A stretch of 32,000 nt of DNA from Mycolicibacterium smegmatis. GTDB taxonomy: Bacteria; Actinomycetota; Actinomycetes; Mycobacteriales; Mycobacteriaceae. Both the position numbers and the translations under genes were made by a program. How positions within the stretch are numbered: the stretch's first letter is position 1; each line of letters opens with the position of its first letter. Positions 8,909 through 18,350 of this stretch are shown here, piece after piece. Below the pieces are notes generated by a model that did not search any database, had not been told where the DNA came from, and worked only from the letters and a program-made list of their open reading frames with translations. The stretch spans positions 6,330,001 through 6,362,000 of the forward strand of contig NZ_LN831039.1 in NCBI RefSeq assembly GCF_001457595.1. The letters are read 5' to 3'.

Positions 8909-9621
8909 GCGGTAACCACGACCACGATCACGACCACGACCACGCGCGCACGGTCAAGCCCATGGTCGACGAGGTCACCGACTTCGAGGTGCTCGAGATC
9001 GCGTTGCGCGAACTGTGTATCGAGAAGGGCATCTTCACCGCCGAGGAGCACCGCCGGTTCACCGAGTTCGCCGAGCAGATCGGGCCGACGCCTGCCGCGC
9101 GTCTGGTGGCCAAGGCCTGGCTGGATCCCGAATTCAAGCAGCTCGCGCTCACCGATGCGCTGGCCGCCAGCAAGGCCGTGGGTGTCGACTGGCTGGAGCC
9201 CACCGGATTCGGAACACCCAGCGATTTCACGGCTTTCAAGATTCTCGAGGACACCCCGACGCTGCACCACGTGATCGTGTGTGCGTTGTGCTCGTGCTAC
9301 CCGCGGCCCATCCTGGGCAACTCCCCCGAGTGGTACCGCACACCGAACTACCGCAGACGGCTCGTGCGCTGGCCGCGGCAGGTGCTCGCCGAGTTCGGCC
9401 TGTACCTGCCCGACGACGTCGAGGTCCGCGTCGAGGACTCCAACCAGAAGCACCGCTTCATGGTCATGCCGATGCGGCCCGAGGGCACCGAGGGCTGGAC
9501 CGAGGACCAGCTCGCCGAGATCATCACGCGCGACTGCCTGATCGGCGTCGCGCTGCCCAAGCCCGGCGTCACCACCAACGTGATCGTCGACACCCGTCCC
9601 GCGATCCATCCGGCGGGGTGA
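8905..9621 (+). CDS. Thiocyanate hydrolase gamma / Co-type nitrile hydratase alpha-like catalytic metal-binding subunit
   Basis: ATGA overlap with the upstream stop. His-rich N-terminus MSGNHDHDHDHDH. Claw motif VIVCALCSCYPRPILGNSPEWYRTPNYRRRLVRWPRQVLAEFG (Cys126/129/131). WTEDQLAEIITRDCLIG. Confidence 0.92.
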   Translation: MSGNHDHDHDHDHARTVKPMVDEVTDFEVLEIALRELCIEKGIFTAEEHRRFTEFAEQIGPTPAARLVAKAWLDPEFKQLALTDALAASKAVGVDWLEPTGFGTPSDFTAFKILEDTPTLHHVIVCALCSCYPRPILGNSPEWYRTPNYRRRLVRWPRQVLAEFGLYLPDDVEVRVEDSNQKHRFMVMPMRPEGTEGWTEDQLAEIITRDCLIGVALPKPGVTTNVIVDTRPAIHPAG

Positions 9622-9624
9622 GAC

Positions 9625-9975
9625 ATGGCTGATATGCCCGAAGAGCCCACCACTCTCAAGCGCATCGTCGAGCGCAACCAGATCTGGCCCGTCATGGCGG
9701 CCAAGTACGGCGTGGAAAACCCTGTGCCGCCGTGGAAGTCGAGCCTCGACGGGCTGTGCGACGCGCTCGACCATTCGGAGTGCGGGCCACAGGTGCTGAA
9801 CTTCAAGGACCGCCGCGACGAGGAAGACGCGCTGGCGGCCACGGTGTACGCCGACGTCCCCTATCCCGAGAACCAGTTGCTGGCCCTTGCGCACTCGCTG
9901 CTGGCCCGCGGAGTGATCGACGAGGCCGAACTGCAGCAGCGGATCGCATCCGTGCGCGCCCGACTGGAGGCGTGA
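9625..9975 (+). CDS. Small NHase/SCNase activator (P14K/P15K/NhhG)-like protein
   Basis: 116 aa, immediately downstream of the metal-binding subunit, in the same relative position as nhhG in nhhBAG operons. Weakly related to the NHase beta N-terminal domain (VPYPENQLLALAHSLLARGVIDEAELQQRI). Confidence 0.65.
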   Translation: MADMPEEPTTLKRIVERNQIWPVMAAKYGVENPVPPWKSSLDGLCDALDHSECGPQVLNFKDRRDEEDALAATVYADVPYPENQLLALAHSLLARGVIDEAELQQRIASVRARLEA

Positions 9976-10005
9976 TCCTCGGCGTCGTCGGCTAGTTTCG
10001 GGTCC

Positions 10006-11376
10006 ATGACCACCCGGGACGCCACGATCGACCTGCGCCAGACGGTCGCGTCGAACACGCCCAAGGCCGTCGAGTTGTGGCTCGAGGTCACCACCGACTC
10101 CGATGAGCGCGAGCGCCAACTCGCGGCCCTGTCGCCCGCCGAGCGCCGAGGCCTCGGTGACCTGCTGGACGCGAACACCGGGGCCGAACTGTTGTGCAGC
10201 GTCGAGATCGACCTCGCGGCACGACTGCTCAAGTCGATGTCGGACTCCGCGGCCGCGCGCGTGCTGCAGCTGCTCAACTCCCCCGACGCGGCCGACATCC
10301 TGCGCGAACTCGACGAACACCGGCGCGAGGCGGTGTTGGGCGCCATGCCGATCGAACGGGCACGCGCGCTGCTCGACGTGCTGGCCTGGCCCGAGGACTC
10401 GGTGGCAGCCCGCATGCACACCGACACCCCCAGCGTCGTCCCGTCGGCCACCATCGCCGAGGCCGTCGACCAGATCCGCGACTACGCCGCGGCGCACCCC
10501 GACGGGGCCGTCGGGGCCTCGGTGTGCGTCGTCGACGCCGACAACACGCTGCGCGGCGCGGTGCGCCTGCGTGAACTGGTACTGGCACAGCCGCAGGTCG
10601 CGATCGGCACGCTGATGCGCGACGTGCCGGTGACGGTCACACCGCTGACCGACATCGAGGAGGCCGCCAAGACACTGATCGAGCACAAGCTCGACGAACT
10701 GCCCGTCGTCGACGCCGAGGGCCGGCTGCTGGGCATCCTCGTCGAGGACGACGCCATCGAGGCCGTCGAACGCGAGGCCACCGAGGACGCCGAGCGCCAG
10801 GGCGGCTCCGAACCGCTCGACGTGCCGTACCTGCGCGCCTCCCCCTGGTTGCTGTGGCGCAAGCGCATCGTGTGGCTGCTGGTGCTGTTCGCCGCCGAGG
10901 CCTACACCGGCACCGTGCTGCGGGCCTTCGAGGACGAGATGGAGGCCGTCGTCGCGCTCGCGTTCTTCATCCCGCTGCTGATCGGCACCGGCGGCAACAC
11001 CGGCACACAGATCACCACGACGCTGGTCCGCGCGATGGGCACCGGTCAGATCCGGTTCCGCGACCTGCCTGCGATCGTCTCCAAGGAGATGTCGACGGGC
11101 TTTCTGATCGCGGTCGCGATGGCGGCCGCGGCGCTGATCCGGGCATGGACACTGGGCGTCGGTCCCGAGGTGACGCTCACGGTGTGCCTGACCGTGGCGG
11201 CCATCGTGCTGTGGGCCTCACTGGTGTCGTCGGTGCTGCCGCTGGTGCTCAGGAAACTGCGGGTCGACCCGGCCGTGGTGTCTGCGCCGATGATCGCGAC
11301 CGTGGTCGACGGCACCGGCCTGATGATTTATTTCTGGATCGCGCATCTGACGTTGCCCCAGCTCGCGGGTCTGTGA
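10006..11376 (+). CDS. mgtE: MgtE-family Mg2+/Co2+ transporter
   Basis: 456 aa: MgtE N-domain helical repeats, CBS pair (IGTLMRDVPVTVTP…KLDELPVVDAEGRLLGILVEDD), TM domain with IPLLIGTGGNTGTQITTTLVRAMG. Confidence 0.92.
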   Translation: MTTRDATIDLRQTVASNTPKAVELWLEVTTDSDERERQLAALSPAERRGLGDLLDANTGAELLCSVEIDLAARLLKSMSDSAAARVLQLLNSPDAADILRELDEHRREAVLGAMPIERARALLDVLAWPEDSVAARMHTDTPSVVPSATIAEAVDQIRDYAAAHPDGAVGASVCVVDADNTLRGAVRLRELVLAQPQVAIGTLMRDVPVTVTPLTDIEEAAKTLIEHKLDELPVVDAEGRLLGILVEDDAIEAVEREATEDAERQGGSEPLDVPYLRASPWLLWRKRIVWLLVLFAAEAYTGTVLRAFEDEMEAVVALAFFIPLLIGTGGNTGTQITTTLVRAMGTGQIRFRDLPAIVSKEMSTGFLIAVAMAAAALIRAWTLGVGPEVTLTVCLTVAAIVLWASLVSSVLPLVLRKLRVDPAVVSAPMIATVVDGTGLMIYFWIAHLTLPQLAGL

Positions 11377-11388
11377 CACGACCGCGGT

Positions 11389-11418
11389 TTGGGAACTGCC
11401 AGCCGGGCGCGCTATGGT
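11389..11418 (+). promoter_or_regulatory. SigA-like promoter for the leuA leader
   Basis: TTGGGA (11389-11394), 18-nt spacer, TATGGT (11413-11418). Predicted start at about 11425-11426, at the leader GTG. Confidence 0.55.
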
Positions 11419-11425
11419 ATTGGGC

Positions 11426-11452
11426 GTGCAGCGGGTGCTCCTTCTCGGACGC

Positions 11453-11467
<15 letters not shown>
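11426..11467 (+). CDS. Putative leucine leader peptide (VQRVLLLGRRDGV) upstream of leuA
   Basis: gtg cag cgg gtg ctc ctt ctc gga cgc cgc gac ggg gtc tga. Three consecutive Leu codons overlap mutually exclusive hairpin elements upstream of a Leu biosynthesis gene. Confidence 0.6.
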
Positions 11468-13351
<1,884 letters not shown>

Positions 13352-13363
13352 TTTCACTTCTGC

Positions 13364-13396
13364 CGTCGGCGCCGTTGCCTCGCAACGGCGCCGACG
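13364..13396. terminator. Strong inverted repeat downstream of leuA
   Basis: CGTCGGCGCCGTTG (13364-13377), loop cctcg, CAACGGCGCCGACG (13383-13396): perfect 14-bp stem. Confidence 0.65.
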
Positions 13397-13534
13397 TCGT
13401 TTCCCGCCATGTACAGAGTGTCCAATTCTGACCTTGATCGGTGACGAAGTGTCAGGGGTGCTGCGTGCGTTTCGACCGCACACTCGTATCTGTCACATAT
13501 CTCACGTTCCACCAACCTGATCAGGGAGGAATCT

Positions 13535-16500
13535 GTGTCCACCGCGTTCTTCAACGGCGAAGAACTTGACGCACTGGCCGGTGACGAGATCACCGTCCGT
13601 CTGCACCATCCCGTCCACCCGCACGAACCTCTGCGATTCGTCCTGGCCGCGGGGCAACCCGTTCCGCTACGCCGGATGCTGCCCGCGCTGGAAAGCATGG
13701 ATCTCGAGGTCATCAACGAGCACACCACGTCACCGACCCGGGACGACGGATCGGTGTGCCACGTCTACGAGCTGGTCCTCGACCCCGGCACCGCCGGCGC
13801 GCAGGGCTTCGCACGGGACTGGAACCGGGCACAAGACCAGATCTGTGACACCTTCCGCGCCATCTGGTCCGACCGCATCGAGGCCGACCGCTTGAACGCG
13901 CTGATCCCCACCGCGGGCCTCGACTGGCGCCAGGTCGCGGTGTTGCGCAGCTACAGCCGCTACCTGCGTCAGCTCCCCCTGCCGTACGGGCAGGGGCGCA
14001 TCCAGCAGGTGCTGCTGGACAACCCCGCGGCGACCACGGCGGTCGTCGCACTGTTCGAGGCGCGTTTCGCGCGCCAGTCGGTGTCGTCGGGCGCTGTGCG
14101 GGAACGCGATATGGCCGCGGCCGATCAACGCCTGGAAGCCGAGATCGACCGCGTGGTGCACATCGACGCCGACCGCATCCTGCGCACCTACCGCAGCCTG
14201 GTCAACGCGACCGTGCGCACCAACGCCTTCACGCCCGAGGCGCTCACACCGAAGGCGCCGTATCTGGTGCACAAGTTCGACGCGTCGGCCATCGACGAAC
14301 TTCCGCAGCCGCGCCCGCTGTCGGAAATCTTCGTCTACGCACCGCAATTCGAGGGTCTGCACCTGCGCTTCGGCCTGGTCGCGCGCGGCGGGCTGCGCTG
14401 GTCGGACCGTCACGACGACTACCGCACCGAGGTGCTCGGCCTGGTCAAGGCGCAGGCGGTCAAGAACGCGATGATCGTGCCTGCCGGCGCCAAGGGCGTC
14501 TTCGTCGTCAAACCGCCGTCGTCGTCGCGCACCGAGGGGATGCGGTGCTACAAGCAGTTCGTCTCGGCCCTGCTCGACGTCGTCGACAACGCGGTGTCCG
14601 ATGAACCGCCCGCACCCGAGGGCGTCGTGTGCCACGACGGCCCCGACCCGTACCTCGTGGTGGCCGCCGACAAGGGCACCGCGACGTTCTCCGACATCGC
14701 CAACGCCGTCGCCCTCGACCGTGGCTACTGGCTGGGTGACGCGTTCGCCTCGGGTGGCTCGGCCGGTTACGACCACAAGGCCATGGGCATCACCGCGCGC
14801 GGCGCGTGGGTCAGTGGCGACAGCCATCTGCAGGAGCTCGGGATCGATTCGGCCACCGACGAATTCCGCGTCGTCGGCATCGGCGACATGAGCGGCGACG
14901 TGTTCGGCAACGGGATGCTGCTGCGCCGCGGCATCCGGCTGGTGGCCGCGTTCGATCACCGCCACATCTTCGTCGACCCCGATCCGTCGACGCAGGCCGC
15001 CTACCGCGAGCGGCAGCGCCTGTTCGCACTTGCGCGCTCGTCGTGGGACGACTACGACCGCGCCGTGATCAGCGCGGGCGGCGGGGTGTGGCCACGCACC
15101 GCGAAACGCATTCCGGTGTCCGAGCAGATGCGCGCAACACTCGGCATCTCCGGGGAGATCACGTCGGTGACGCCGACCGAGCTGATCCGCCACATCCTGT
15201 GCGCCCCGGTCGATCTGCTGTTCAACGGCGGCATCGGCACCTACATCAAGGCCTCCGACGAGCAGCACGGCGATGTCGGCGACAAGGTCAACGACAACGT
15301 TCGCGTGGACGCGAACCAGGTGCGCGCCAAGGTGATCGTCGAGGGCGGCAACCTCGGTGTGTCACCGCGCGGCCGTATCGAGTTCGCGCGCAACGGCGGC
15401 TACATCAACACCGATGCGATCGACAACGCCGCGGGCGTGGACTGCTCGGATCACGAGGTGAACCTCAAGATCCTGCTGGCGGGCCGGATCCGCGGCACCG
15501 AGCGCAACACGCTGCTGGCCGATATGACCGACGAGGTCGCCGCGCACGTGCTGGCCAACAACCGGGCTCACAACCGCCTGCTGCGCGACGCGCGGTCCAA
15601 CGCCGCGCAGATGGTGTCGGTGCACGCCCGCATGACCACCGCACTCGAACGCGACGGCCTGGTGCGCGAGCTCGAACATCTGCCCAGCGCCGAGGAATTC
15701 GCGGCGATGGCGTCGGCGGGCGAAGGCCTCACCCGACCGCAGCTCGCGACGCTGATGGCGCACACCAAGCTGGGCCTCAAGGCCGACCTGCTGGCCGCCG
15801 ACGATTTCGACGATCCGTACTTCACCGCGGCCCTGCACCGGTACTTCCCGGCGACGCTGCGCCGCCGGCTCGGCGACCGGCTCACCGAGCATCCGCTGCG
15901 GCGTGAGATCGTCGCGACGGCAGTGGTCAACCATGTGCTCGCGACCTCGGGCCTGACGTACGCGTTCCGGCTCGTCGAGGAAACCGACGCCGGGACAAGC
16001 GAGATCGTGCGGGCGCATGCTGTGGCGTCGGAGGTCTTCGAACTCGACGCGCTGTGGCACGACATCCACGCCGCAGGCCTCTCTCCGCAACTCACCGACA
16101 GCCTGATCATCGAGGGCAGGCGCCTGCTGGACCGGGCGTCGCGGTGGTTCCTGCTGAACCGCCCGCAGCCGCTGTCGATCGCCGCCGAGGCCGCGCGCTT
16201 CCAGGCGGTGGCGATGCTGCGCGGCAAGTTGTCGGAGATGTTGCGCGGCGACGAACTGCTCACGGTCACACGCCTTCACGACGAGTACGTCGCCCAAGGC
16301 GTGCCTGCCGACATCGCACGGCGGCTCAGTGAGGCGCTGTACTCGTACAGCCTGCTCGACATCATCGACATCGCGCACGCCCATTCCGAGGACGCCACGC
16401 GGCTCGCACACATCTACTTCGAGTTGTCGGCACATCTCGGGGTCGACGGCCTGCTGTACGCGGTGTCGTCGCTGCCCCGCAACGGTCGGTGGAATGCGTT

Positions 16501-16747
16501 GGCGCGGTTGGCACTGCGTGAGGATCTGTACCGGTCGCTGCGCGACCTGGCGCGCGACGTCTACCGCATGGTCGGCCCGCACACCGACAACGTCGACGTG
16601 ATCGCCGAGTTCGAGGCCTACAACCGGCCCCGGATCGAACGCGCCCGGCGCACGCTGCGGGAAGTTCTCGCCACCGAGAACCCCGATTTGGCGATGCTGT
16701 CGGTGGCGACCGCGCAGGTGCGCCGCCTCACCACCGCGGGCGGATGA
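13535..16747 (+). CDS. gdh: NAD-dependent glutamate dehydrogenase, large (about 115 kDa) class
   Basis: 1070 aa, GTG start after AGGGAGGA RBS. RGGLRWSDRHDDYRTEVLGLVKAQAVKNAMIVPAGAKGVFVVK; GIGDMSGDVFGNGML; KVIVEGGNLGVSPRGRIEFARNGGYINTDAIDNAAGVDCSDHEVNLKILL. Confidence 0.95.
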   Translation: MSTAFFNGEELDALAGDEITVRLHHPVHPHEPLRFVLAAGQPVPLRRMLPALESMDLEVINEHTTSPTRDDGSVCHVYELVLDPGTAGAQGFARDWNRAQDQICDTFRAIWSDRIEADRLNALIPTAGLDWRQVAVLRSYSRYLRQLPLPYGQGRIQQVLLDNPAATTAVVALFEARFARQSVSSGAVRERDMAAADQRLEAEIDRVVHIDADRILRTYRSLVNATVRTNAFTPEALTPKAPYLVHKFDASAIDELPQPRPLSEIFVYAPQFEGLHLRFGLVARGGLRWSDRHDDYRTEVLGLVKAQAVKNAMIVPAGAKGVFVVKPPSSSRTEGMRCYKQFVSALLDVVDNAVSDEPPAPEGVVCHDGPDPYLVVAADKGTATFSDIANAVALDRGYWLGDAFASGGSAGYDHKAMGITARGAWVSGDSHLQELGIDSATDEFRVVGIGDMSGDVFGNGMLLRRGIRLVAAFDHRHIFVDPDPSTQAAYRERQRLFALARSSWDDYDRAVISAGGGVWPRTAKRIPVSEQMRATLGISGEITSVTPTELIRHILCAPVDLLFNGGIGTYIKASDEQHGDVGDKVNDNVRVDANQVRAKVIVEGGNLGVSPRGRIEFARNGGYINTDAIDNAAGVDCSDHEVNLKILLAGRIRGTERNTLLADMTDEVAAHVLANNRAHNRLLRDARSNAAQMVSVHARMTTALERDGLVRELEHLPSAEEFAAMASAGEGLTRPQLATLMAHTKLGLKADLLAADDFDDPYFTAALHRYFPATLRRRLGDRLTEHPLRREIVATAVVNHVLATSGLTYAFRLVEETDAGTSEIVRAHAVASEVFELDALWHDIHAAGLSPQLTDSLIIEGRRLLDRASRWFLLNRPQPLSIAAEAARFQAVAMLRGKLSEMLRGDELLTVTRLHDEYVAQGVPADIARRLSEALYSYSLLDIIDIAHAHSEDATRLAHIYFELSAHLGVDGLLYAVSSLPRNGRWNALARLALREDLYRSLRDLARDVYRMVGPHTDNVDVIAEFEAYNRPRIERARRTLREVLATENPDLAMLSVATAQVRRLTTAGG

Positions 16748-16870
16748 GCCCGACGCGCATCTGATTCACGACACACTGCGGCCGGCTCGGCATACGGGCC
16801 GTTCGCAGCGTTTTTCGTGGTTGACTGACGGTTGCGTCAAAAGCCGCGCAAAACCGACAAGGAGCAACAC

Positions 16871-17257
16871 ATGGACTGGGGCTCAACCTGGGATTTCCTC
16901 TGGCATTTCCTGATCATCTTCGCCTGGATCGCATACCTGCTGGTGCTCTTCCAGATCCTGGGTGATCTGTTCTGGCGCGACCACACCACTTCGGGCTTCG
17001 CCAAGGCGCTCTGGGTGGTCTTCCTGATCCTGTTCCCGTGGCTCACGGCCCTGGTGTACGTGATCGCGCGCGGCAAGGGCATGGCCGAACGCGCCCGCGC
17101 CGCGGCACTGGCCGCCAAGCAGGAGACCGACAGTTACATCCGCGAAGCCGCCGGTCGCTCGCCGGCCCAGGAGATCGCCGACGCCAAGGCGCTGCTGGAT
17201 GCGGGCACCATCACAGCCGAGGAGTTCGAGGCACTGAAGGCCAAGGCGCTCAGCTGA
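16871..17257 (+). CDS. PLDc_N (phospholipase D nuclease N-terminal domain) membrane protein with C-terminal SHOCT domain
   Basis: AAGGAG RBS. Hydrophobic N-half (FLWHFLIIFAWIAYLLVLFQILGDLFWRDHTTSGFAKALWVVFLILFPWLTALVYVIARG); C-terminal IADAKALLDAGTITAEEFEALKAKAL (SHOCT). Confidence 0.85.
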   Translation: MDWGSTWDFLWHFLIIFAWIAYLLVLFQILGDLFWRDHTTSGFAKALWVVFLILFPWLTALVYVIARGKGMAERARAAALAAKQETDSYIREAAGRSPAQEIADAKALLDAGTITAEEFEALKAKALS

Positions 17258-17263
17258 TCTGAC

Positions 17264-18277
17264 TCAGAACAGCGCGTACTGGTCACCGTCGGCGGTGGTG
17301 TCGACGAACGTCTCGACGTCGGCACCACCGACCACATGGTCGAGCAGACGCATGAACTCGTCGTCACGCACCAGCGGTACGCCGAGTTCCTTGGCCTGGT
17401 AGCCCTTGCCCTGCTCGGGCGCCGGGTCGTTGCAGATCACCAGCGACGTCTGCAGATCCACCATGTCGCTGTAGGCAAGGCCGGCGTGCAGGACGCGCTC
17501 GAGCAGTTCCTCGTGTGTGCGCACCACCTCGGCCGACAGCGCCACCCGCATCCCCTGCACCAGCGGGCGGCCCGCGACGAACGGACCCGGGTTGGCGTAA
17601 CGGCACGGCAGACGCGACGCCTCGACCTTGAGCGGACGCAATTCGTCGTGTGTCACATGCCCGTTGGGCCAGCGCTTGCGCGTCAGCTGACGCAGCGGCA
17701 GCCACACCTTGCGGTCGCGGGCGCGTGCCAGCGTGGGTTTGAGGATCTGCGCGAGCACCAGCGCGTCGTCGAGCGCGTCATGCGGCTTCATCTGCGTGAC
17801 GCCCCAGTGCGCGGCCAGCGTCTCCAGACGCAGGTTCTCGGTACCGAGCTCGAGCCTGCGTGCCAGCTCGACCGTGCACATCGCGGTGTCGATGGGAAGT
17901 TCGGCGCCCACCAGTTCGGCCTCGGCGGCCAGGAAGCTGTAGTCGAACCCCGCGTTGTGGGCGACCAGGGTGCGTCCGCGCAGCACCTCGATCAGCTCGT
18001 CGACGACGTCGGCGAAGCACGGCTGGCCCTCCAGCATCTCGGCGGTGAGCCCATGTACGTGCGTCGGCCCCGGATCGACACCAGGGTTGAGCAGACTGGA
18101 CATGCTGTGCTCGACACTGCCGTCGTCACCGACCGCCAGCGCGGCCACGCTCACGATGCGCGCCTGACCGGGCCGGAAGCCCGTGGTCTCGACATCGACG
18201 ACCGCCCAGCCCGAGCCCGGCTCATCCGCCGGCCGCCCCCACAACTGCGGGGTGCTCGACAGCGGTGCTCGGCTCAC
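17264..18277 (-). CDS. DEDD 3'-5' exonuclease, DnaQ/polymerase III epsilon-like
   Basis: WAVVDVETTGFRPGQARIVSVAAL (ExoI), LVAHNAGFDYSFLAAE (ExoII), HDALDDALVLAQIL (ExoIII). Likely GTG start (MSRAPLSSTPQLWG). Confidence 0.88.
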   Translation of the reverse strand: MSRAPLSSTPQLWGRPADEPGSGWAVVDVETTGFRPGQARIVSVAALAVGDDGSVEHSMSSLLNPGVDPGPTHVHGLTAEMLEGQPCFADVVDELIEVLRGRTLVAHNAGFDYSFLAAEAELVGAELPIDTAMCTVELARRLELGTENLRLETLAAHWGVTQMKPHDALDDALVLAQILKPTLARARDRKVWLPLRQLTRKRWPNGHVTHDELRPLKVEASRLPCRYANPGPFVAGRPLVQGMRVALSAEVVRTHEELLERVLHAGLAYSDMVDLQTSLVICNDPAPEQGKGYQAKELGVPLVRDDEFMRLLDHVVGGADVETFVDTTADGDQYALF

Positions 18278-18337
18278 AACGTCAGGATGGCACGCGGCTC
18301 CGACAAGCCGGGTCGGCACGCCAGCGTGTCGTGCACA

Positions 18338-18350
18338 TAAAATCCCGGGA
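18338..18350 (+). promoter_or_regulatory. Candidate -10 element for leaderless murT transcript
   Basis: TAAAAT (18338-18343) then 7 nt CCCGGGA directly before ATG at 18351; no RBS. Confidence 0.4.
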
